Assembly: GCF_963921235.1 (NCBI RefSeq)
Contig: NC_086109.1
Location: 35,838,001 to 35,902,000 of the forward strand
Direction: 5' to 3'
From: Mobula hypostoma
Lineage: Eukaryota
Length of the DNA: 64,000 nt
In this document: positions 1 to 10,417 of the stretch, piece by piece
Numbering within the stretch: position 1 is the stretch's first letter
How the letters are laid out: the number at the start of each line of letters is the position of its first letter
Made by a program: the position numbers and the translations under genes
The notes under the pieces: generated by a model
The model's database searches: none
What the model saw: only the letters and a program-made list of their open reading frames with translations
Told to the model about the DNA's origin: nothing

Positions 1-1151
1 GAAAGACCTACATTAGTACCCAGTTTTCGCTTTCAGAACGTGTTTTCACTGTTACGAAAAAACAATTCAGCGCGTGAAAAAATCAGCACGTGATAAAAGG
101 CAGCGCGCGATAAAAGGCAGCGCGCCCCGAGCAGCCACTCTCCCCCGGATTCAGAAAGGCATTGCTTTAACACGTGCCTGTGAGCAGCTGTTTGCAAGAT
201 GAGTTCTATGGTATCGGAAAAGCCTGAAAGAGCTCATAATGAAAGAGCTCATAATGAGCTCATTAGAGCTGCCTGCTCTAATGGAAACAGATGACGAGAT
301 GACACCCCACCACCCCAACCCCCAGGCCACGGACAGATACAGATTTGGGGAGAATGCAAAGTTAGCCGGGAGGCACACAGCACATCTTTAAGAAAAAAGC
401 CGAAATAAACATGCTAATTAATTAGATGTGCCGACACGTAATTGTCAGCCCAGATCAGAGACGACACCATCAGAAATCGGCACTGATGTGGGCCGACAGT
501 TATGGGCGGCACCTAATTAATTAACATTTTTGTTTCGGTATTTTTCTTAAAGATGTGCTGTGTACCTCCCGGCTACCGCTGGACCCCTGCATGCTTCGTG
601 GATCGGTATCGGTTGGTGGCCGGGAGTGTGGGGGCCACTGCACCACCCAAACTCCGACAAGTCTAACACACCATCATCAGTGTGCTCGGCACTGTCCCGG
701 TTCCAGTAAGTGATACTATACTGTACATACATTATTTCTACTTTATATAGGCTGTGTATTTTTAGGTGTTATTTGGTATGATTTGGCAGCTTCATAGCTT
801 GAAGGTTACTGGAGAGAGTTTCTTGCCAACAGCGCTTGCGTGAGATTTTCTGCTGACGGTGCTGGCGTGAGATTTTCGCTACGGAGAACAGTTCAATAAT
901 GATTGTGGAAAAGTATTTCTACTTTATATAGGCTGTGTATTCATCATATCTTTCCTGCTTTTAATATATGTTACTCTTATTTTAGGTTTTATGTGTTATT
1001 TGGCATGATTTGGTAGGTTATTTTTGGCTCAGCAAACGCTCACAAAATTTTCCCATATAAATAAATGGTAATTGCTTCTTCGCTTGACAACATTTCGGCT
1101 TATGAACCATTTCATAGGAATGCTCTACCTTCGGACAGCAGGGAAAACCTG
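1..1151. mobile_element. Non-autonomous Tc1/mariner-superfamily (Tigger/pogo-like) DNA element, right part; left end outside window
   Basis: Ends ...GGGAAAACCTG followed by TA (1152-1153). Has an internal palindrome and internal direct repeats (about 720-790 vs 910-1020). The same right-end sequence recurs at about 10100-10328. Confidence 0.6.
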
Positions 1152-1204
1152 TATTAGGATACTCTCTGTTGGGCACCTGTAGAAGATCATGAGTATTATT
1201 GTTC

Positions 1205-1399
1205 ATAATTCATCACTCTTAGGACTCCTCAAGATGTAGAGGTGTTGGAGAGCTTTCTTGATTGTACAGAATCTGTTCTGGGTCCATGAGAGGTTGTTCG
1301 AGATGTGCACTCCCAGGAGTTTGAAACTGCTCAGTTTCCACTCCTGTGCCACCAATGTAAAGAAGGGTGTGAGTGTTGTGAGTTCTTCTGAAGTCAATA
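1205..1399 (-). mobile_element. Rex1/Babar-type LINE RT fragment, split by the LTR insertion
   Basis: Translates SSFKLLGVHISNNLSW...KKALQHLYILR. It continues across the LTR element at 4015-4065 (NNLFLSIKTMAMII, resembling NNLSLNVSKTKELIIDFR). Confidence 0.75.
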
Positions 1400-2569
1400 A
1401 GTCAGAAAGGTGGGGCGCTGGGAGCGGACCCAAATGCGAGACACAGACACTGAAGAACTAGGAACAGGATTTGACTAGAGAGCTGGGACAAGAACATAGA
1501 CTTGGGCTAGGACATAGGCTAGGCAAGCAGGACCAGGAAAAGGAACTGGGAACTAGGTAGCCTGGGCTTGGACTCTGAGCTGGAGACTGGACAAGGACCC
1601 AGAACCTGGGTCTTGACTCAGGTTCGGACCACGGAATAGGCGAGGACATGACGTGGCTACAGGACTGGACATGGCTTTGGTTCCTCGAGGCTTGGGTTTG
1701 GACTCCAAGCCAGAGACCGGACAAGGACCCAGAACTAGGGTCTTGACTCAGGCTTGGACTCTGAAACTAGGCGAAGACATAATGTGGTCTTGGGAGACAG
1801 GACTAGGCGAGGCTACAGGACAGAACGAGAGACTCCTGGGCAGGGTGAGGGAACTCCAGCACAGGATGAGGCACATGGACAGGACGAGGTTCTTGAACAG
1901 GACGAGAGACTCCAGCAGAGGACGAGGGAACTCCAGCAGCGGGCTGGGCAAGAACACAAAGCCTTGATTCGGTCAAGGGAGAGACAGGAATGCAGAGCCT
2001 TGGTCGAGGGAGAGACAGGAACATGGAACACAGAGCCGGGACCCCTCCTTGGAAACAGGATGTAGGACTGGGACTCATACACAGAACACTGAGAGACAGA
2101 TCTCCACTCAAGGTAACAGCAAACGGCCGGATCTCCCCGGCGGAGGCAAGGGTACAAAGAGACAGTTCCCAACTCTAGGTAGAGGCAAACCACCGGACCT
2201 ACCTAGTGAAGGTGTGGACACAGAGACAGTTCAAAACAATGATAAACACTTTCTTATCTTGCTCCAGCGGCTAAACTTGACAGCAGTGCAGGCAAGGGTT
2301 GCAGGCGAGGCGAGGCAAGGCTTCAGACACAGGTTGCAGGGCAAGGCTTCAGAAGGTAGGGGCAGAGACAGAATTCAGACAGGGGGTTCAGAGAGGAACA
2401 ATCCAGCAACTGAAGCTGAACCAAGGAGCTATTCAGTAGCCAGCCCAAAATGTGAATCAGCTGCCTCAATTAGAGCACCCAACAGAAAAAGTGAAAACCA
2501 GAAAACCTGGAAGGAGTGATGGACTGGACCGAGAACTGGAATCCGGACCTCACAGACTGGACCATGACA
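1400..2569 (-). repeat. 3' LTR (1170 bp)
   Basis: Colinear with 2732-4009; immediately follows the polypurine tract. Confidence 0.85.
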
Positions 2570-2719
2570 GTATCCCCCCCATGGGAGCCTCCTGGTGACC
2601 CAAAAGGCTTCCCCAGACTATGGACGACACGGGCGAATGGGGGGGGGGGCGCATTCAACAGGAGAGAACCCAGGATAGCGAGAATTAAACGAGTGTCTGT
2701 GTCGCTGGGTCCATGTCTG

Positions 2720-2731
2720 GCTGGATTGTTC
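2720..2731 (-). promoter_or_regulatory. Primer-binding site, predicted self-priming type
   Basis: GAACAATCCAGC directly after the 5' LTR, with no tRNA-type TGG start. Its exact complement lies in the LTR at 2396-2407, and a 10/12 match lies at 3832-3843. Confidence 0.7.
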
Positions 2732-4009
2732 TGTCATAATGGAGGGCGGCGCTGGGAGTGGACCCAGATGCAAGACACACACACACTGAAGAACTAGGAA
2801 CAGGACTTGACTAGAGAGCTGGGACAAGAACACAGAATTGGGCAAGGACATTGGCAAGGCAAGCGGGACCAGGACAAACAACTGGGAACTAGGAGTCTGG
2901 GCTTGGACCCCAGAATAGGCGAGGACATGACATGGCTACAGGACTGGACATGGCTTGGGTTCCTCGAGGCTTGGGTTTGGACTGTGAGCCAGAGACTGGA
3001 CAAGGACCCAGAACCAGGGCCTTGACTCGGGCTTGGACTCCGGAACTAGGCGAAGATATGATATGATCTTGGGAGACAGGAGTAGGCGAGGCTACAGGAC
3101 AGAACGAGAGACTCCTGGGCAAGATAAGGGAACACTAGCACAGGACGAGGCACATGGACAGGACCGGAACTCGAAGCCTTGACTTGGACAGGACGAGGTT
3201 CTTGGACGTGGCTTGGACAGGATGAGATTCCTGGACAGGACAAGAAACTCCAGCAGAGGATGAGGGAACTCCAGCAGCGGGCTGGGCGAGAACTCAAAGC
3301 CTTGATTCAGTCAAGGGAGAGGCAGGAACGCAGAGCCTTGGTTGAGGGAGAGGCAGGAACGCAGAGCCTTGGTCAAGGGAGAGGCAGGAACACGGAAGAC
3401 AGAGCCAGGACCCCTCCTTGGAAACAGGATGTAGGGCTGGGATTCATACACAGAACACTGAGAGACAGATCGCTACTCAAGGTAGCAGCAAATGGCCAGA
3501 CCTACCCAGCGGAGTCGAGGGCACAAAGAAATGGTTACCAACACAAGGTAGCGGCAAATGGCCAGACCTACCTAGCGAAGGTGTGGACACAGAGACAGTT
3601 CAAAACAATGATAGACACTTCATTATCTTGCTCCAGTGGTTGAACTTGACAGTGGTGCAGGCAAAGATTGCAGGCAAGGGTTACAAGCAACGCAAGGCTC
3701 CAGGCAAGGTGAGGCAAGGCAAGGCAAGTCTTCAGGCGAGGCGAGGCAAGGCAAGGCTTCAGACACAGTTTGCAGGGCAAGGCTTCAGAAGGCAGGGGAA
3801 GAGGCAGAATTCAGACAGGGGGTTTGGACAGGAACAATTGAGCAACTGAAGCTGAACCAAGGAGCTATTTATGTAGCCAGCCCAAAATGTGAATCAGCTG
3901 CCTCAATAAGAGCACCCAACAGAAAAAGGGAAAACCAGAAAACCTGGAATAAGGGGTGATGGACCGGACCGTGAACCGGAATCCGGACTTCACGGACCGG
4001 ACCATGACA
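2732..4009 (-). repeat. 5' LTR (1278 bp)
   Basis: TGTCATGGTCCGG...ATTATGACA on the minus strand. TATA-like TACATAAATA at 3875-3866 and Inr-like TCAGTT at 3849-3844. Confidence 0.85.
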
Positions 4010-5299
4010 CAATAATCATTGCCATTGTCTTGATACTGAGAAAGAGGTTATTTGTCTGCCAAGAGCCCTCAGTTTCTTCCATCTCCTTGCTGGTGGTTAT
4101 CTGTGGAACTATCGGCTGACTGTAAGTACATTCAGGCTCACAATTAAAATTTAGCACTGATCCATATGAGATAGTAGAGCAGATTTCTGAGCATGTTGCT
4201 TTTGATGGAAAGGTATGCATGAACCATTTAAGGCAGGATAGTGTATGAGTTAATAGAAAGGAGTTCCAGAGTATATTAGACAGTTGAAGATACACCACCA
4301 ATGGTGAAAATCCCTTGGGTGAGTCAAGTCTATAAAAGAGAAAACTGGAACTTTTACGTTTGGTTGATTTTCAAAAGGTCTAGCATATTGTTCAGCAAAG
4401 AACAAACTGCATTAAGAACTCAGCAGGTATGATGGTAGGAAAGAAATCATTGCTGTTTCAAGTCAAAAACCTGCACAGGACCAAGAGTCTTCCAACTTCA
4501 TTCCTGTGACCCCTCCCCCCACCTGGAACAACCTGCTCTTCATCTTGTACCCTCCTCATTCCATCAGATTGCCCATGACTTTGCACATAATTTCCTGATT
4601 TGCCTGCAACAGCAATAATACAGTTATTTTAGAACAGTTCATCGTTTTCTGCTGTTTGCTGATAGGCTTAAAATCAAGGGATAGATCCTAGGAGACTAAA
4701 TAATACCTTCTATGTTTTGAGTGCCTGACCTGCCTGTCATTGTGGGGTAGAAATATAATTGCCTGGAAATTCAATAGGATTTTTTATGCTATGCATACAA
4801 GTTATTTGAGTGAAACACAATAGCAATGTTTCTGTTCTGTTTTTCACATCAGAGATGTAGATGATGATGCAATATTCCTTTAGGAGTATTGGAAGGGAAC
4901 TTGAAGGATATAGTTCTGTGGCATCTGTCACTAAAATTGGCAGTAAAATCCTTCCCTACAACTTAGGATCCCTTCTTATTGTATACCCATCAACCCCTTC
5001 TCCAACTGTACCACCCAGTTTGTTGTCATCAAGTCCTTGGACCTCATTTGCAATTGATGACTCCAGGCATCTGTACTGTCTGATTATATTGCAATTCATC
5101 AGTGAAATTATGAGTAATGATGCTAAATAATACTAGGAGCACAGCTAGTTCCAATCATTTTGCATTTCTCAGAAAAACTATGATTCCTTCAAAAGAGAAA
5201 AATCAATTTGTTTCCTGTTTCTATAAAAATATAAAATATGTTCTCAAGGAAAGTCTGAAAGGTTTCATTAAGGTTAACCACAATCCAGCCCATGCCCCA

Positions 5300-5385
5300 T
5301 CTTTCAGCTACCATCAGGCAGGATGTACCAAAGTCTGAAGTTCCTCAACAACAGGCTCGGGAACAGCTACTTCCCTTCAACCACT
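5300..5385 (+). mobile_element. Rex1/Babar LINE 3' coding fragment
   Basis: Translates QLPSGRMYQSLK...NNRLGNSYFP, resembling the LPSGRRYRS...RFRNSFFP C-terminal motif. Confidence 0.6.
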
Positions 5386-5400
5386 TGGGCTTGGTTCTCG

Positions 5401-5903
5401 AAATTATATTGACAAAAAAAACAATTATTGTATTATTGTAAATCCCTAGACCTTTGAGAGGAAGTGTACTTCTTATACTATTATGTATGTTATACCAGTT
5501 CAATGCTCCAGCTCAAATGCGATTTCGCTGACTCTGAACAGTCTTTCTGAAACTGCTCAGAGAACAAGCCATTCTCCACCATAGTAGGTCATTTAATTGT
5601 GTTTTTTTTCTTATAAAATCGCCAGTTTACAGCAGATTGGAACCATTCGCAAAGCCAAGTTTTCTTGAGCTACCTTTGATTTTTTAAAAATTTTGATATT
5701 TCAGAGAGCATTTTTGCATGGGAGATATGACCTGTTCTCTGTGCAGTTTCAGAAAGACAGTTCAGAGTCAGCAATATTGCATCTGAACTAGAATATTGAA
5801 CTGGAATCATACACAGGTTGTATTACATAAGAAGAACACTTCCCCTCAAAAGTCTAGGGATTTACAATTACACAATAATTGTTTTTTTTTGTTGATATAA
5901 TTT
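5401..5903. repeat. Long foldback (inverted repeat); possible MITE
   Basis: Arms at about 5401-5582 and 5718-5903 are reverse complements, e.g. TGTAAATCCCTAGAC/GTCTAGGGATTTACA and GCTGACTCTGAAC/GTTCAGAGTCAGC. Confidence 0.85.
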
Positions 5904-7269
5904 TTAAAGGCAGTTCTCAAGCTGAGAGAGTGGAATGTCAATTTTAAACCTCCCTGCCTTATTAGCCTCACCTTCTGAAATACAGTATAACAACATTGTC
6001 TTCTGTTAGCAATCAGAATCCCACACTCTTTCTGACACATCAGGGCCCCAGTTCCCACACTCCCACATCAGGTTCACTGGAAAATTTACCTACCCCTCTC
6101 TAATGAAATAATTAAATGTTTGTTGACATATTAATGGAACAAGATTCAATAGTGTGGAAAATCTGTCAATCCACACTATCTACATCCTGAGTGTGCTGGA
6201 TGAGTAGAGTTTTATTTTCCTTTAATAGTCCAGTGATGAACTTATGATTTTACAGTACCCTGATTTTTGGGCCACATTAGGAACAAAGTCAATGCACACA
6301 TATTGTCTACGTTATATGTGTAAAGTCTGGAAAATTCTGTGACTTTAGAAGACTTTGGTAAGATCCATTTCATAACAAACACACATAATTTGTGCTTGGA
6401 GACAGTAGCATGCAATTTAGGAGCTAACGGGCTAACATGCAGTGTTGTAAGTCATTAAAGAATATATCTGCTTGCCCCCTGCTTTGAATCCATTTCTCCC
6501 TGACCTTTCCAAAACAAAATACTTGGGAGCTTCCGGATAATAAAATTTCCAATCCATTCAGAAATATGCATGTTATGAATTATTATGGAAGGTAATTTCC
6601 TTTTGATTCTCTCATGACCTGTTGAATTTTATGGTTGTAATGATATTAGAATTTTTCTCTACTTTGTTATAAGCCTCTAGTTTTGTAAGCATTTAGACAA
6701 GAATTACTGGATACACTTCTTAATTCTGATGCAAAACTTAATCACAGCTTTTGGGAATAAGTAGTCTTGTCCAGCGGCCTTACCTGTCTTGAATGCTTTA
6801 ATGCTTGTTTTAAACTTATTATTAAAGATAGAGTTATTTAAATTAAGGTTAGTAAGATGATATAAATTGTTCATTGATTAGGTTTCTGATTCTTTCCATT
6901 TATTGCTTGTTTGTGTGACTGTAATTTTTGGGACTCTGTGGTATTTTCTCAATGAAATTTACATACACCAGATAATACCAGTTTTTAAAACTTTTTTTTT
7001 TGCCAGTAGTGCCATTGTCACTTGCCACTGATGAATTTGTGAAAATTTTAATTAATTACCTGCAGACCAATTTTCGATCTCAATAATTTGTCTCAGGATG
7101 TTGTAATAGGTGAAGGTATAATTGACAGAATATGGATTATAGGGAAAAAATATGTTGACATCTGTATTGTACATGACCAGAGAAAATATTCAATAAATTC
7201 TTCCAAGACAATGTAACAAGAAATTTATGATGTTGTGATGTTTCATGAATATTCATAAGTATCTCTTCT

Positions 7270-7830
7270 TCTTTGATAGTCCCTTAGGGTTAGAGATGAC
7301 TTGTCTGCAAGCCACTTCTATGATTTTAGAGGTGACTATTGAGGCCAGTGTGGGATTCAGAGATTTGGCTATTGGTGGGGCAGGAACTGCTTCAGAGGCC
7401 TGAAAGAAAGGTGGTGTATTGTTTCCATGGGGCTTCTCTGTGTTCTTGACAATGTGACCAGGGTCTGACTGCCAGCACAAATTCTCCTTCTCCATTTTGT
7501 CTGCCATGGTTAAAGAATTACACAACTAGTGGGATGTTACATTATTGAGAATATCCTTGAAGCATTGTGTCTGTTTTTATGATGAATCCTTGCCACAATC
7601 GAGCTCAGAATTGAGTGTCATTTATTTCAGGAGTGCTTTTGAACATATCAACAAAATGTTACACCAACCTTAGTTCTCGAGTATTAGTTGAAAGGGAATG
7701 CTGATGCTGGTTTGCTTATTCTGCCAGTGGACTTGGAGGATGTTTTAGAGACAACATCCTTGGAACCACTTGATGGGTTCCCATCTGGAAACTTTGAATT
7801 CTCACAGACTGTGTCGTTTGCTCAGATAAT
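7270..7830 (-). mobile_element. Degenerate RTE-clade LINE 3' fragment
   Basis: Minus strand near 7790-7690 reads like ERFHQRCLRKILQIHWQD...TN (KWFQGCCL*NILQVHWQNKQTS). Confidence 0.5.
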
Positions 7831-8024
7831 CATATGGTGATGCCTTGTTACCTTGTCCTCAGTAAAATATATGACAGATGATTTTCTAACAGCTCTATTT
7901 TCTAATTTTTATCCTCCTTCTTTCTTGAATAAATAATTGATATTTCTACCCCTGAATTGGGAATTCCTGATTTAGTCATTGAAGGTAGTGGCAAATTTGT
8001 TGAGAGATGGTTACCAACACAAAT

Positions 8025-8620
8025 TCAAACTCAAGTTCAAATTCAAGTTTAATAATCATTCAACCATACATGAATACAGCCAAAAAAAGTAGCGTTCCTC
8101 TGGGTCCAAGGTGCAAAGTATACACAGCACATTCAAAATAGTCAACAAAAAAAAATAGTTATGCATAAAAATATATATATAGCCCAGGTTCCTGGGCGAC
8201 ACATCCCGCAAATTGATGTTTCAGTTCTCAGCACTGCGCAGATAACACACACATTTGCAATTAAGCCTGTCATTCCACTGATCAAGAACTGGAGGGAAGC
8301 ACCGACAGGAGTGGCCAGTCCCCAACCGACCACAGATGCCACACTGAGTTTGGCACGGACTAGAAGGGCCAAGATGGCCTGTTTCCGTGCTGTAATTGTC
8401 ATATGGTTATATGGTTATACAGCCTCCAGTGTCTCTTCTGGACTGCAGCAGTAGGCAAGCCCACAGCTTGAGGCCTACTCCTCACTGCAAACGAGGCCAT
8501 GCAGATCCTTTGTCATCTGTCATGGCACCAAAAGAGGGAAGCAGGCCTGTGGCATCTTACATTATCAACGTCCAACAGTTTCTCATGGAAAATATTGTCT
8601 GTGCACTCCAGCATGATGAC
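8025..8620. mobile_element. Cluster of retroposon 3' ends
   Basis: Minus-strand (TTGAA/TTGAAC)n tail at 8025-8050. Plus-strand CR1-type 3' end GGGCCAAGATGGCCTGTTTCCGTGCTGT with (ATATGGTT)n at about 8345-8417. Confidence 0.5.
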
Positions 8621-8840
8621 TTAGGCTGAAATGACTTTAGTTCTGAAATTCAGGAATTGAAGAATAAACAACTTCCTTTTTGTCTTCAGGATTAACTGCT
8701 CTGTGGAGGAAAGCTTGTTGAATGTGGGGTGCAAAATTTCATTGAGGATGTTTGAGAAGAAGTTTGTAAAAATGGCACAGTCTTCCTTGATTGGAATTAG
8801 ATCTGTGACAACTCCATTGGTGAGAATCTTGGCTCGCATA
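8595..8840 (-). mobile_element. RTE-clade LINE reverse-transcriptase fragment
   Basis: ORF 8621-8839 (AKILTNG...DCAIFTNFFSNILNEILH...KRKLFILQFLNFRTKV) then VIMLECTD matches the RTE pattern GCVIAPTLFSIFL...GKLFNL.RL..RTK...ELQYADD. Confidence 0.65.
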
Positions 8841-9290
8841 CTTCCTGTAGATGGTATAGAGTGGAGGCAGATTTATGAGGGTAATGAAATTTGAAGATTC
8901 TCAACAATCTTTCTTAGATGACAGGATCATATGTTTGCATGACTGAGAAAGGATATACAATGTGGCTGATGCATCATTGTCCATTGCTCTTGTTTTGTCA
9001 CACAATGAAGATCATGATACACAATACCACTTGATGAACAGAATCCATTATGAGGTTCAGGGATCAGTACTCTTAGAGGAAAAACTGAAGAGGATTTTTG
9101 CAATGATTTTCTTTTTCTCACATTCCATAAATATGAGACTGTACCTAGTATCGTGAAAGAAAGGAAATGCTAATTTGATGTTCAATAATCAATAGGACAT
9201 CAATTATTTACACATTTTAGAATTAGTTGTGTTCAAGTGTTTTGTATAACAGGGGTCCCCAACCTTTTTTGCACCCCGAACCGGTTTAAT

Positions 9291-9840
9291 TAGATTAGAT
9301 TATGAGGACACTCAGTCCTTGTTCACTGTCATTTAGAAATGCATGCATTAAGAAATGATACAATGTTCCTCCAGATTGATATCACACAAAAAAACCAGGA
9401 CAATCCAAAGACTAACACTGACAAGACCACATAATTATAACATATAGTTACAGCAGTGCAAAACAATACCATAATTTGATAAAGAGCAGTCCATGGGCAC
9501 TGTAAAAAAAAAGTCTCAAAGTTCCGATTGACTCCCGATAGTCCCGATAACAGGCGGCAAAAGGGAGAAACTCTCCCTGCCATAAACCTCCAGGCACTGG
9601 CAACTGCCAATGCATTGGAAGCACCCGACCACAGCTGGCTCTGAGTCTGTCTGAAAACTTAGAGCCTCCAACCAGACCTTCGACTCCGAGCACTGAGCAC
9701 CATCTCTGCCGAGCGCTTCGACCCTGCCCCGACCGCTGAGCAACAAGCAAAGCCAAGAACTTGGGGCCTTCTCCTCCGGAGATTCTGGATCACACAGTAG
9801 TAGCGGCCGTGAAGAAGGCATTTCAGAAGTTTCTGCAGAT
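9291..9840 (-). mobile_element. 5'-truncated copy of the (TAATC)n-tailed non-coding retroposon
   Basis: TAGATTAGATTATGAGGACACTCAGTCC tail; colinear with 61030-61570. Confidence 0.85.
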
Positions 9841-9894
9841 ATTGACAATATTCTTACAGACCTGCCAACGGGGGTGGGGGGTGGCCTGTTCAAG

Positions 9895-10417
9895 TAGGGT
9901 TGCCAACTTTCTCACGCCCAAATAAGGGACAAAAGTAGCAGTCAAATAGTGGACACTTGTGATTACCCTGAGAAGGACTACCATGACCGTGAAGCCTTGC
10001 GCGGGCATCTGTGTGTGCATGCGTGACGTGCGCATGTGTGTACGTGCCGATTTTCATTCTACAAATTGGCTTAATCTTCCCGATTCTTTTAAGTGAAACT
10101 ACACTGTACATACATTATTTCTACTTTATATAGACTGTTTTTTTCATAACATTCCTGCTTTTACTATATGTTAGAGTTATTTTAGGTTTTTGTGTGTTAT
10201 TTGGTATGATTTGGTAGGTTTTTTTTGGGTCTGGGAACGCTCAAAAATTTTTCTCATATAAGTTAATGGTAATTGCTTCTTCGGCTTACAAACAGTTTCA
10301 TAGGAATGCTCCACCTTAGCGGGGGAAATACGGGGCAAGGGCGGTCCCGTATGGGACAAACCAATTCAGCCCAGTATGCAGGATGTCCCGGCTAATACGG
10401 GACAGTGGGCAACCCTA
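9895..10417. mobile_element. hAT-type MITE (inner element)
   Basis: TIRs TAGGGTTGCC / GGCAACCCTA. Perfect 8-bp TSD TGTTCAAG at 9887-9894 and 10418-10425. Confidence 0.9.
10100..10328. mobile_element. Captured right-end fragment of the Tigger-like element
   Basis: Matches about 716-760 and 950-1147 (...TCATAGGAATGCTC.ACCTT...GGGAAA); the terminal CCTG is missing. Confidence 0.75.

Larger units (their letters stand above)
1400..4009 (-). mobile_element. Internally deleted, non-autonomous Gypsy-type (Tf1/sushi-like) LTR retrotransposon
   Basis: Two related LTRs (2732-4009 and 1400-2569) with TGTCA...TGACA termini; the terminal base at 1400 is mutated. CAATA TSD at 1395-1399 and 4010-4014. Polypurine tract GGGGGGGATAC at 2580-2570. 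Gag-like start ATG GAC CCA GCG at 2714. Confidence 0.85.

Noticed and set aside
1458..3959. Many overlapping 60-156 aa ORFs
   Set aside because: They arise from low-complexity LTR repeats and have no protein-family motifs.
5444..5859. piggyBac assignment from CCCTAGA termini
   Set aside because: No TTAA TSD, and the inverted symmetry extends well outside these motifs.
8690..8819. Apparent exon (ttcag|...|gtgaga) with an open frame INCSVEES...TTPL
   Set aside because: The opposite strand is a recognisable RTE RT fragment, so the splice-like signals are likely coincidental.
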